From positions 936,533 through 1,000,532 of the forward strand of contig NW_005434668.1 in NCBI RefSeq assembly GCF_000315625.1: a stretch of DNA of 64,000 nt, in the 5' to 3' direction. Each line of letters starts with the position of its first letter. Position 1 is the first letter of the stretch. Below the pieces are notes generated by a model. The model did not search any database and had not been told where the DNA came from. It saw only the letters and a program-made list of their open reading frames with translations. Shown in pieces: positions 35,331-46,348 of this stretch. Both the position numbers and the translations under genes were made by a program. This DNA is from Guillardia theta CCMP2712 (taxonomy: Eukaryota; Protista; Cryptophyta).

Positions 35331-36247
35331 TCCTGTCAACAACATCTAATAATCAACGAAAAACAAAAAACAAGTGCAAGATTGGCCAGCAAGAACATAA
35401 CACATCATTGCAGAAAACCAAGCAGAATCACACTGAGCATGCATCAGTCTGCAGTACGAAACTAAGCATGGCGATTGAGTCAAGATAAATCAAGCATCTC
35501 TCTCCACTACACCTTCGCAAGAAAAAAAAAATACGGCCCAGCCTCCGCTGTGGCACTCGCCATCGCACAAGGAGCCGTTGACGCGGATCGAAAGTTACCT
35601 CAATCGAGACGAGGCGACAAGACGAGAGCACCAAGATGGATGAGGAGGAGGAGGAGGGGTAGGGGGAGGGGGAGGGGGGAAGTGGGGGGAGAAGCAGGTG
35701 CGCCGGGAGTGAAGGGGACGTTGAGAGGAGAGGAGGCGGAAGTGTTGGGACTTTTATTAGTAATTTAAGTTGAAAAGTAAATGTAAAATACACTAAAACA
35801 GAATATAGGTCAGCAGGCATGTGTACTAGAGTGCCATACTAAAATGATTTAGCAACACCTATTAATAGGTAGCTGGTACAGAAATAAGATACATAAGGAA
35901 ATTTTGGTACAAGGAGCGGGGCTCCAATCACTACCAGGCAGAATCACTTTAAAACGTTTTCAAACCCAGTTGCGCAAGCCCAGACTGAGACCGTTATCGT
36001 CAGTTACATAATCATCTGGCGGACCCCCGGCCCCTGAGTCCGACAAGTCACTCAGTCGGACGGGCCGGGCCCACTGGTCTCCGGGTGACCGGTCACTGAG
36101 GAGGTACTTAGTACTGTATTTGACCCTGGCCCACTTTTGTCCCCGGACCTACGTCAGTTGACCGACCGTACAGCAGGAGCTGCAGGCTCCTTTGCTTGCT
36201 CCCTTGCCGTCGTGCCACGCTAGTCACTGCAGAGGGCGCTGCTACTA

Positions 36248-37171
36248 GTGACCTGCTCCCCTCAGGCGCTCCCCCCTCATCACTGTCTGGCCTCTACAGT
36301 CTGCTCTCAACCTGCTGCCCCTTTCCCTCTCTCCCGAGCGACAGCTCTCCTGCTAGGCTACTTGCAAACCTCAGTGCTGCACTCTCAGGCCAGTGTTCAT
36401 CAACCGGGTATTGAGCAGCACTGCGCGGCACGGGGGTTGTTAAGCTGCCTTATTCCAGGCTCGATGCTGCCTGCTTCTGAGGTGAGACCTGCTCCCGATC
36501 ACCTGACTGCTCGGCGAGATACTCGGGACCGGCTCCTCCCACCTCCGGGCAAGACTGCCAAGGACAATGTCACCATCTCGCTGCAAGCAAGGATGAGGAG
36601 ATACGCCCCGACGAACCTGGAAGAGCTGCATGCCTTGAGGAAGCGGGGGTTCCTAGAGAAGACCTCCAGTCTTCCTCTCATTCAGAATAATCTTGACAGG
36701 ATGAGGACTGGCAGCTATGGGTCGCTGATGCAGGGGATGGCTTCCCCGATCGGCGCTGCCAGCTCGCTATGTAGGGCGTCCTCCTCCATGGAGATAAGGT
36801 CAAATCCGCATGCAAATGAGGGGATCCAGGTAAAGAAGTACCCACGGCCTGCTCAGACTTGGATCGATCGCACTATCACTCGTTCCTGCCTGCATCTTGA
36901 CGGTATTGCTCATACGTTTGTGATCCTACCTTCAAGATGGGCCACGCTGATGGGCTCGATCAAAGACGAACACGTCGCCACCGACGACCTCAAGAAGTAT
37001 CATCCTCCGATCTCATCCCTTGTTCTAGCGCTGACAAAGACGCAGACAAACGCAGATGGCGATCTTGAAGAAACGCCCAAAGGATGCCATGCACATCATG
37101 AACGCGCACCTTCGAATCCATCCGGACAGTCCTTGGCAACCGATGTGCCTCATATGATTGGCAAGGTGTAG
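36248..37171 (+). CDS. Hypothetical protein (start and splicing uncertain)
   Basis: 307-codon ORF with coding-like composition; no recognised domain. Confidence 0.45.
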   Translation: MTCSPQALPPHHCLASTVCSQPAAPFPLSRATALLLGYLQTSVLHSQASVHQPGIEQHCAARGLLSCLIPGSMLPASEVRPAPDHLTARRDTRDRLLPPPGKTAKDNVTISLQARMRRYAPTNLEELHALRKRGFLEKTSSLPLIQNNLDRMRTGSYGSLMQGMASPIGAASSLCRASSSMEIRSNPHANEGIQVKKYPRPAQTWIDRTITRSCLHLDGIAHTFVILPSRWATLMGSIKDEHVATDDLKKYHPPISSLVLALTKTQTNADGDLEETPKGCHAHHERAPSNPSGQSLATDVPHMIGKV

Positions 37172-37373
37172 TCCGTGAGGGGGCATCGAGTCAACGCAGC
37201 GATTTGTATATACTCTCGAGTAAAGGCGTTCGGTGAAACGTGTTCCCCACAGGGCAGACTGCGCGATTGTTGCTGTTTGAGTGGAAGAGCGAAATGTTGT
37301 TCATCAGAGCGGAAAATTGCAAAAGAAGTTTTTATTCGGGTACCAAAAAGACAGAGCAAGTAATGTTTTGAAT

Positions 37374-39149
37374 CTACCAGATAAACCAGCTGTAGTAATA
37401 GGCTGCGATGTCCATGCACACAAGAATGATACAGGTGCAAGCAGCCGCGACAAATCCCGAGGTGTGACCCACAATACCAGTCATCACACTTGTGAAGACG
37501 GGACCAGCCATGATGAAAATCACCCATGTAGTGAGGTTCCAATGGTGCTTCTCCCATCCGATGTCCTCATCTTCATATGGACTTCCTGTTGAGTTCGATC
37601 CACCTTGAAGCGAAGAAGTGCCCTTCCTGTGCATCGACAAGTCTGACTTCGAGATGTCCCTCTCCACCGAGAGATTCTGCTTGTGGACTTTGTGCAGAGC
37701 ATGTATCCTGGAAGCTTGCTCCTTCAAATGCTCTTTGTGCGCCTGGGGCTTGTCGACTTGGATCGATGTAATCTTACTCTGCTTCACCGGAGACTTCTTG
37801 TGCACCTGGACATTGTCATGCTGCTCCTGTTTTGCCTCTTCAACCTTCTCCTCCAGCATCTTGGCCTTTCTCTTTGCCATCTGCACGATCTTCTTCAAAG
37901 TAGCATCATCTTGCTTCATGAGCTCATCAATCGCTGATTCCTTCACTTTCTTGTCAGAATGCGAGTGGGGATGTGAAGCTTCGACTTGATGTGTTCTTGC
38001 CTTCACCAGAGAAGAAGATCCATGCATCTTGGTTGCTCTGTGATTCAGAGATGCAAGCTCTCCATCGTCATCTACAGCATCTGCATGCACATTCTGCAAC
38101 GATCCCGCCGGGTTCGAGCCTTTGCTGGCAGCCAAGGAACCGTCGATCTGCTCATCTTTGTGCATGTATCTTGTATCAGACAATGATCCAATCACGTTGT
38201 CGTTCTTCATAGATCCCTTAGAGAGTGACAAGAGGTCTCCGCCTGCCAGCTTGCTGTCCTTGGAGACACTGAACAAGCTTCCACCAACGTCGCTCTGTTT
38301 CACAAGGGCGAGGGACCCTTGGGCATCCTTGTCCGAAAAGCCTGCAAGGGCTCCATTCGTCTCTGGATCCGTTTTCACGGAGGCCAAGACCCCGTTGGAA
38401 TCCGAGTCCTTGGAGTTGAAAAGAGCTCCCCTGGTTTCCGCCATCGTTGGACCCTTCTTCCAAGCGGCATCCGAGCCAGCCACGTCCCAACTTTTGTCAG
38501 AAGGCTCCTTGTTCCATCCATCACTCTTGTAGCTAACTGACCAGCCATCGTCGTGTGCTGGCGTGGCCCATGCAAAACTGTTCTTGAATCTCGGAGAGGC
38601 CAATGCTCCGCGCGCATTGCTGAGATCAGATTTGAACTTCACACTGAGAGACCCATACACTGCAGCGCCATGGCTGGGAGACCTCGCAAGTGCGCCCTCA
38701 GCTTGTTCACTTCCTTGGTTCATATCATATTGGATTGGACTTGCTGTAGCGTATCGCTCATCCATCCTGCCCAACATGTTGGGGTGACGGTGTGAAGGAA
38801 GGCTAGCGAGTACTCCATCTGCAGCAGGGTCCGAAAAGAACGAGCTTCGCGCAGAATGAAGTGGTCTGGGGAACAAGGGAGAAACCTGAGCTTCCACTGA
38901 TGTGAGTTTCTGCATCCGATCGCCCTCCCTTCTTCCTCGTGCCAAAACCCCCAAACCATCCATGCCTCCAAACCTCGGGTCCTGTCTTGCAAGCAGACTG
39001 TCTGCAGAAGATGCAAGCCCCATGAAGATTGCAGATTTGCTAACTACAGCAACAATCAGGATGACAGATGCTACACCCATGGCGCCACGTCCTCCGCGCT
39101 TCCCCGCGCCATGGCCCACTAGCGGCATCGCCTCCACCCCTCCTGCCAT
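37374..39149 (-). CDS. Hypothetical membrane protein with degenerate G[SAV]L repeats
   Basis: Long ORF, likely ATG 39149. One N-terminal and two C-terminal hydrophobic helices; about 14 xG[SAV]Lxx motifs. Confidence 0.75.
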   Translation of the reverse strand: MAGGVEAMPLVGHGAGKRGGRGAMGVASVILIVAVVSKSAIFMGLASSADSLLARQDPRFGGMDGLGVLARGRREGDRMQKLTSVEAQVSPLFPRPLHSARSSFFSDPAADGVLASLPSHRHPNMLGRMDERYATASPIQYDMNQGSEQAEGALARSPSHGAAVYGSLSVKFKSDLSNARGALASPRFKNSFAWATPAHDDGWSVSYKSDGWNKEPSDKSWDVAGSDAAWKKGPTMAETRGALFNSKDSDSNGVLASVKTDPETNGALAGFSDKDAQGSLALVKQSDVGGSLFSVSKDSKLAGGDLLSLSKGSMKNDNVIGSLSDTRYMHKDEQIDGSLAASKGSNPAGSLQNVHADAVDDDGELASLNHRATKMHGSSSLVKARTHQVEASHPHSHSDKKVKESAIDELMKQDDATLKKIVQMAKRKAKMLEEKVEEAKQEQHDNVQVHKKSPVKQSKITSIQVDKPQAHKEHLKEQASRIHALHKVHKQNLSVERDISKSDLSMHRKGTSSLQGGSNSTGSPYEDEDIGWEKHHWNLTTWVIFIMAGPVFTSVMTGIVGHTSGFVAAACTCIILVCMDIAAYYYSWFIW

Positions 39150-39944
39150 CGGCAAAGCCTGAAGAGACACCGACCGCTCGCAACGACCCCTCGTCCCCTC
39201 ACTGATCCGATCGCGAGTCGGCACTGCAGTCGCTGCTGCAGTCGGCCGTGACTGAGTGGGCCGGGGCCGCTGAGGCCCTGCCCGCCGGGCGGGGCACTGA
39301 GCGGCGGCCGGCTCACTGTGGCCCGCCGGGGCCACGGCGACGGTCACTGACCCGGCCGCGTAATGATCAGTGCCGTCCGGCGGCCGCAGCCCGGCCCGGG
39401 CGGCGGCCGGGGGCCGGGCCGGACCCTTGAGGGCAAGCGCAACGGGCGGCCCGGGCCCTGAATTTCAAATTCATGGTCCCGGCAGTCACGTTTATCATAG
39501 CACCGTCCATGCCGCAGTGACCGGCCTCAGTCTTTTCGATCCGGCGGGCCGCGCCGCGGCGTATTATTGGCCGCGCATGCAGCCTGGCAGGCTGGCAGCA
39601 AAGAAGTGACCGTTACTTCGTTCAACGGTTTCAACCGTGAACGGCACGAATGCGGCCGCGAGTGAGTCTGAAGGGCCGAGGCGCGGCCAGTGCCACGGTG
39701 ACTCTACTACGAGTTCAAGTCCTCGCACTGATTTTTAACTTAACTTCACTGAGTCACTAGTAGTACTCAGCCGAAAGGCGCTCCGATACCGCCGATGGGA
39801 AACCGGCCGGCCCGGGCGGGCCGAAACCATACGGTCGCAGGCCATATCTGACCGTATCAGTTGAGGCCAGCCTGTAGATATATACTGAACTTTGGAAGCA
39901 GCAGTCGGAGGCTGCGAGCGGATTGTGTATCGCCTGAAAACAAG

Positions 39945-40100
39945 CAACGCTCCGCGGGGACTACCGAACCATTGCATCCTAAGACCCACTCTCCCCCCTA
40001 CATATCCCAAGCCCTCCCCCCTCCCTTCCTCCATCCCCAGCGCCCTTGGTCGCCCATCTCTCCCAGCCTGCATTCCTATCATAGTATCCCCATCTTCTCT

Positions 40101-40134
<34 letters not shown>

Positions 40135-41684
40135 CTGTCTGTCTGTCTGCCTGTCTGTCTTGCTTCCAGCCCCGGATCCTCCTCCGCCCCTTCCGCCCCC
40201 TCTCCCCCGCTGATCCTCAACACTCTTCCCCTCTGTTTCATCAGTCTTCCCTCTGCCGTCATGACCTGCATCGCTCTCGTCCCGGCTGGCTGCGAGCAAG
40301 CAGCAAGCTCCGCGCATGCCTCCTCATGTCCGGACTCCGTCGCCGCTCCCGCACACCCGCCCGCCCGCCTCCCCGAGGGCTCTCCTGCATCCCCGTCGAT
40401 CTCCCCCGCCGGCGGCGTCGAGGAGCACAGCTCCTACTTCCACGTGCTCCAGGCGACCGGCAGGACGATGGGCCCGTCGATCGACGCCATGGGCAACTTC
40501 ATCCTCTACGCCCCGACCCGCCACGGCCAGGCGGACCAGACAGACACCTCCCTCATCGCCACCGGCGAGATCCGGAAGCAGCGGTAGGAGAAGGCCGTGA
40601 GGTAGCGTAGGAGGACGGGTCGGAGGAGCGGCGTGTGTACATGTAGAGGAGGAGAAGACCGCTGTGGGTGTATGCGATGAGTAAACAACCGAGTCACCAT
40701 CCCCTCGTCTACACGGCGCGCGTCGGGTCTATCCGCTTCCATCATGATCGTCACGGGTTGCCGACTTTGCAGTGCGGCTGTCTAGGCGATCAGAGGGACG
40801 GGAGCTGGGGCCTTCGCTGCCTGCCACAGGCAGCGGCAAGCAAGGAGGGTCCAGGCTCCCAGCTCTGACCTCCGACGCCGACCATGCGGGGGCTGCCCGT
40901 CTCTATACGGTTGATCGGCCTGGACTCCGGGACTCGCCGAGTCGGCCGGCCTCAGTGCCCGACGGTGACCAGGCTCCAAGCAGGCGGTTTCTCAAGTTCC
41001 CAGTCTCCTTCCCGATGCGCCGGCCGGGCCCTCGCAGCGGCCCGCCGGGGCGAGATACACTGACCGCCCGACTTGGCAGGCGCTCCAGCCGCTGACCTTA
41101 TTTCTTCTTTGACTGACAGAACACACCCCTTCGCGGGGATCTTGTCACTGGCACGGCCCACTGAGTCTCGGCCCTTCCATCCCTCCACCTTCCACACGAC
41201 GACGCTATCCTCAACCCGGCCCAGTCCGATATTGCATGGACCATATGAGCCCTGCCAGATCGGACCCTGACGGACCGCAGCCCTGCCAAGACCGCGACGC
41301 TTGAGATGTCCGGAGGCTCGCTCCTCAAGGGCTTACAATCGCTGACGGACTCTATCGCCTGGGCACGTCGAAGCAGAGGCTGCCGTTCCAAGATATTCCT
41401 TGCCCCCCGCCCCCGCCTCAGGCTCCCATCTCGTACTCCCCTACTCCGAGCCGGCGAGAGCCGAGACCGGCGGGAGTTTGGGTTTACTCCTTCACGGTAC
41501 ACCTTCACGATTGTCTGACTGAGAAACCGCACCGCTCCGCGGGGGGCGACCGAACCATTGCATCCTAAGACCCACTCTCCCCCCTACATATCCCAAGCCC
41601 TCCCCCCTCCCTTCCTCCATCCCCAGCGCCCTTGGTCGCCCATCTCTCCCAGCCTGCATTCCTATCCCCATCATCCCCATCCTC

Positions 41685-41723
<39 letters not shown>

Positions 41724-43373
41724 TGCTTCCAGCCCCGGATCCTCCTCCGCCCCTTCCGCCCCCTCTCCCCCGCTGATCCTCAACACTCTTCCCCTCTGTT
41801 TCATCAGTCTTCCCTCTGCCGTCATGACCTGCATGGCTCTCGTCCCGGCTGGCTGCGAGCAAGCAGCAAGCTCCGCGCATGCCTCCTCATGTCCGGACTC
41901 CGTCGCCGCTCCCGCACACCCGCCCGCCCGCCTCCCCGAGGGCTCTCCTGCATCCCCGTCGATCTCCCCCGCCGGCGGCGTCGAGGAGCACAGCTCCTAC
42001 TTCCACGTGCTCCAGGCGACCGGCAGGACGATGGGCCCGTCGATCGACGCCATGGGCAACTTCATCCTCTACGCCCCGACCCGCCACGGCCAGGCGGACC
42101 AGACAGGCACCTCCCTCATCTCCACCGGCGACACCCGGAAGCAGCGGTAGGAGAAGGCCGTGAGGTAGCGTAGGAGGACGGGTCGGAGGAGCGGTGTGTG
42201 TATACATGTAGAGGAGGAGAAGACCGCTGTGGGTGTATGCGATGAGTAAACAACCGAGTCACCATCCCCTCGTCTACACGGCGCGCATCGGGTCTATCCG
42301 CTTCCATCATGATCGTCACGGGCTGCCGACTTTGCAGTGCGGCTGTCTAGGCGATCAGAGGGACGGGAGCTGGGGCCTTCGCTGCCTGCCACAGGCAAAG
42401 CAAGGAGGGTCCAGGCTCCCAGCTCTGACCTCCGACGCCGACCATGCGGGGCTGCCCGTCTCTATACGGTTGATCGGCCTGGACTTCCGGGACTCGCCGA
42501 GTCGGCCGGCCTCAGTGCCCGACGGTGACAAGGCCCTGAGGCTCCAAGCAGGCAGTTCCCGCCCGTCAGGTTCCAGTCTCCCCCCCCGGACTGGCAGTGA
42601 CGAGCCCTCGCAGCGGCCCGCCGGGGCGAGATACACTGACCGCCCGACTTGGCAGCCGCTCCAGCCGCTGACCATTAGTATCGCCTGGTCACGTCGAGGC
42701 ATCGGCAGTGATTGTCTGGATCAGCCTTCTCTGACTGACAGAACACACCCCTCCGCGGGGATCTTGTCACTCGCTCGGCCCCCGTACGGTCTGTGGGTGT
42801 ACAATCGGACAGCAGCGACCTCCCGGCTCTTGCCTCCACCTCCCACACGACTCAACCCGGCCCTGTCCGATATCGCATCGCCTGGACCCTATGAGCCCTG
42901 CCATGTCCGGAGGCTCGCTCCTCAAGGGCTTACAGTCGCTGACGGACTCTATCGCCTGGGCACGTCGAAGCAGAGGCTGCCGTTCCAAGATATTCCTTGC
43001 CCCCCGCCCCCGCCTCAGACTCCCATCACGTTCTCTCCTACTCCCATCTCGTTCTCCCCTACTCCCATCTCGTTCTCCCGTACTCCCGGCGAGAGCCGAG
43101 ACCGGCGGGAGTTAGGGTTTCAACAAATCAGCACTCATGGCGCGATACTCTTGATCACGAGCCTGGTCGCTCACAGTTTACTCCTTGTGCAACTTGACGC
43201 TTGTCTGACTGAGAAACCGCACCGCTCCGCAGGGACTACCGAACCATTGCATCCTAAGACCCACTCTCCCCCCTACATATCCCAAGCCCCTCCCCCCTCC
43301 CTTCCTCTATCCCCATCGCCCTTGGTCGCCCATCTCTCCCAGCCTGCATTCCTATCATAGTATCCCCATCCTC

Positions 43374-43412
<39 letters not shown>

Positions 43413-44079
43413 TGCTTCCAGCCCCGGATCCTCCTCCGCCCCTTCCGCCCCCTCTCCCCCGCTGATCCTCAACAACACTCTTCCCCTCTGTTTCATCAGT
43501 CTTCCCTCTGCCGTCATGACCTGCATGGCTCTCGTCCCGGCTGGCTGCGAGCAAGCAGCAAGCTCCGCGCATGCCTCCTCATGTCCGGACTCCGTCGCCG
43601 CTCCCGCACACCCGCCCGCCCGCCTCCCCGAGGGCTCTCCTGCATCCCCGTCGATCTCCCCCGCCGGCGGCGTCGAGGAGCACAGCTCCTACTTCCACGT
43701 GCTCCAGGCGACCGGCAGGACGATGGGCCGGTCGATCGACGCCATGGGCAACTTCATCCTCTACGCCCCGACCCGCCACGGCCAGGCGGACCAGACAGGC
43801 AGCTCCCTCATCTCCACCGGCGAGATCCGGAAGCAGCGGTAGGAGAAGGCCGTGAGGTAGCGTAGGAGGACGGGCCGGAGGAGCGGTGTGTGTATACATG
43901 TAGAGGAGGAGGAGGCGGCTGTGGGTGTATGCGATGAATAAACAACCGAGTCACCATCCCCTCGTCTACACGGCGCGCGTCGGGTCTATCCGCTTCCATC
44001 ATGATCGTCACGGACTGCCGACTTTGCAGTGCGGCTGTCTAGGCGATGGGAGGGACGGGAGCTGGGGCCTTCGCTGCCT
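39945..44079. repeat. Tandem array of a ~1.6-1.7-kb unit (~2.6 copies), each with (TCTG)n and a 108-codon ORF
   Basis: gaaccattgcatcctaagaccc recurs at 39967, 41552 and 43241. ORF copies at 40261-40587, 41824-42150 and 43516-43842. Confidence 0.95.
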
Positions 44080-45410
44080 ACGTGATAGTAGGGCTCTTGG
44101 TTTGCGTTAATTTTCAGATTTTATTCTTCATACTGAAGATAGCGACTCGATTTTACAACTTTCCTTACTCATATGGATGGGATCAGGAGCAAACCAGAGA
44201 GAAACAAAGAAACAGGCAGCATAAACCTCAGGTTTCTCCAACTACGTGAGACTTCGAGGAGGACGCCCCGGCGGCCAAGACCCATGCGATCTCGATACTT
44301 CGGAAAGAGACTCTCACGCAGACGATCAGAAGCAGGATCCTTCACAGGTCCCCATACAGCGCCTCTGAGCTCATTGACTCCGCCAGGCTCCAGGAGAAAA
44401 CTTTTCAAAACCGCAAACTTCAGTTGCGTTGCAGCCGTTGCGTTGCAGCCGTTCAAATAATCGTGCTGTATGAGGGGTCAGGAGGTCCGGAAAAAGGAAT
44501 CGAAGTTCGGGGGGCAAGATGGACCGACGATACACAGTCAATGATGGGGGGTGGGTGGGTTGTTCAATGGGGAATTTGGGGAGTATACAAGGGGATAGGG
44601 TGGTACTTTACCGGTGGAGATCGAAGGTAGTGGGTTTCTCAGAGGACAGTAAAAGGGAGAGTTGCAAGGTTGACAGGGTGTAGATGAAGGTAGGCGGATG
44701 CTGATATCTTCTTCACACGTGGGGGTACATTGACATAGGGTGGGGGTGCACTGGTCATGGGTGGTGGCAGGGGTAGGGGTAGAATTTTGTAAGGCGGAAA
44801 TGGAGGGCGATGGGGGAAAAGAGCAGGAGAGATGGCAAATGCTGATGCTGATGCTGATGCGCTTGTTGATGCCTTCATGAAGGCCGCATACACCCAATGA
44901 CAGGGATACAGAACGTATCAAAGATAGTTTGCGCCGTGGATGTGAGAACGACATGGGGCAAAAATTGAAATCTGTGTGACTTGTCAATTGTGCAACGCGT
45001 TTGCTCCCCTCTGCAAAACAAGCTCTTTGAAAAGAATCAAGGTCTGCAACAAAGTGCATATAGCGCTGTATGAGATTTGTAAGCAATCATTCAAAGAATG
45101 GCCAGAAAAACCTTGAATGCGACCATTCTACTGTCGTTCTATTACAACACGGTTTTGATGACAAGTGCAATAAGTGACCCTTGTTCTTTTTCAGGGTCTG
45201 GGCGTGTAATTCATCGAAGTTGCATTAGATGATCAAAGATTGAAGCATATAGATACCAAGAAGCTGCTATCTGAAGCTCGTATCCTGATGTGATGAGGTG
45301 GAGGCAGGTGGAATCGAGAGCTGACATGTGAACCCAGGAGCAATGAAATCATCACTGTCGAAGAAAGAACAAGAGAAACCCTGAGCAAGCAAGCGACACC
45401 CCGTGTGAAA

Positions 45411-46289
45411 ATGAGCAATGGAGATGCTGAATGGAAGAAAGAGCCACATGTTGACATGTCAGAGGCGTTGATGGCAGGCGGCCTGCCCCGCTCCCTGCAT
45501 TCCGTCGACAAGCTCTCTGATACACACCATTCCCCTCATACCCCCCAGGACTTTGCTGCTGCATATGACAACGTGAAAGAACTAGAACGCATCCTCCGCA
45601 TGAACATGTGCTTCCACCATTGTGAAGCTGCCCCCGCCTGATGTGTGTGTCGCAGTGACAGGTTGAACCACATCGAAGAGGATAGAAACGTCAAGTGGAA
45701 GGACGAGGCCATCAAGCACGGGCTGAAGATGGTGGATGAAGAGAGTCAGTCTGTTCTCGCCTGAAGCAGCTGTGTTGACCTCTAGCTCAGGAAAGCGAGG
45801 AGATGCAGAAAGGATGATCCTCTTGAAGAGGATAGAGTTCCTGTCCGAGGAGCTGGAGGAGTCAAAGAATCAGCTGGTGGCTAAGGTCAGGTTTGACGAC
45901 GTGATAGTTGTCAGTGATGTGTCTTTCAGACGAAGGAATGCGATGAGTTGTTTGAAGTAGCCCAAGAGCTGTCAGAAGAGTTGTCACAACATGTATCTTT
46001 CGACGAGGTTCGCAGAAGTTCATTATCACAGTCTCTTTGTGATCAGACATCCTTCAGGACGAAGCTGGGGAGGCTGGACCGAACAAGACGGTGAGCAAGA
46101 GACCGATCATCCAGAACGCCTTGAAAAACAACCGCTCCTCGAGGGGCAAGAACTGGTGAGTGTCGGTGACTAAAGTTTGCGAAGCTAACGAGACGTCCAG
46201 GTTCTCTTTCGCGGACATGTTCACGTTTCCCAACTGGTGCTCGAAGCCTCAATGACCGCGAGCAAGTGATTGCGATGTTCACTCTGAGA
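45411..46289 (+). CDS. Small coiled-coil hypothetical protein, multi-exon (ends uncertain)
   Basis: Short GT-AG-bounded exons with E/K/L-rich heptads (LLKRIEFLSEELEESKNQL). Confidence 0.45.
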
Positions 46290-46348
46290 TTTTGTCAAGG
46301 AATCAGGAGCCTCTCATCTCATTTTTCATTAAATTTTTTCTATAATGT

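Noticed and set aside
40230-40255. Hammerhead-like CTGATGAAAC on the minus strand of each array unit
   Set aside because: CUGAUGA and GAAA overlap, leaving no stem II, and no convincing stems I/III were seen.
42233-43360. 375-aa ORF in array unit 2
   Set aside because: Not preserved in unit 1 (frameshifted); no recognisable domain.
44078-44249. 8-bp direct repeat CTACGTGA as a possible hAT target-site duplication
   Set aside because: No terminal inverted repeats in the enclosed sequence; compatible with chance.
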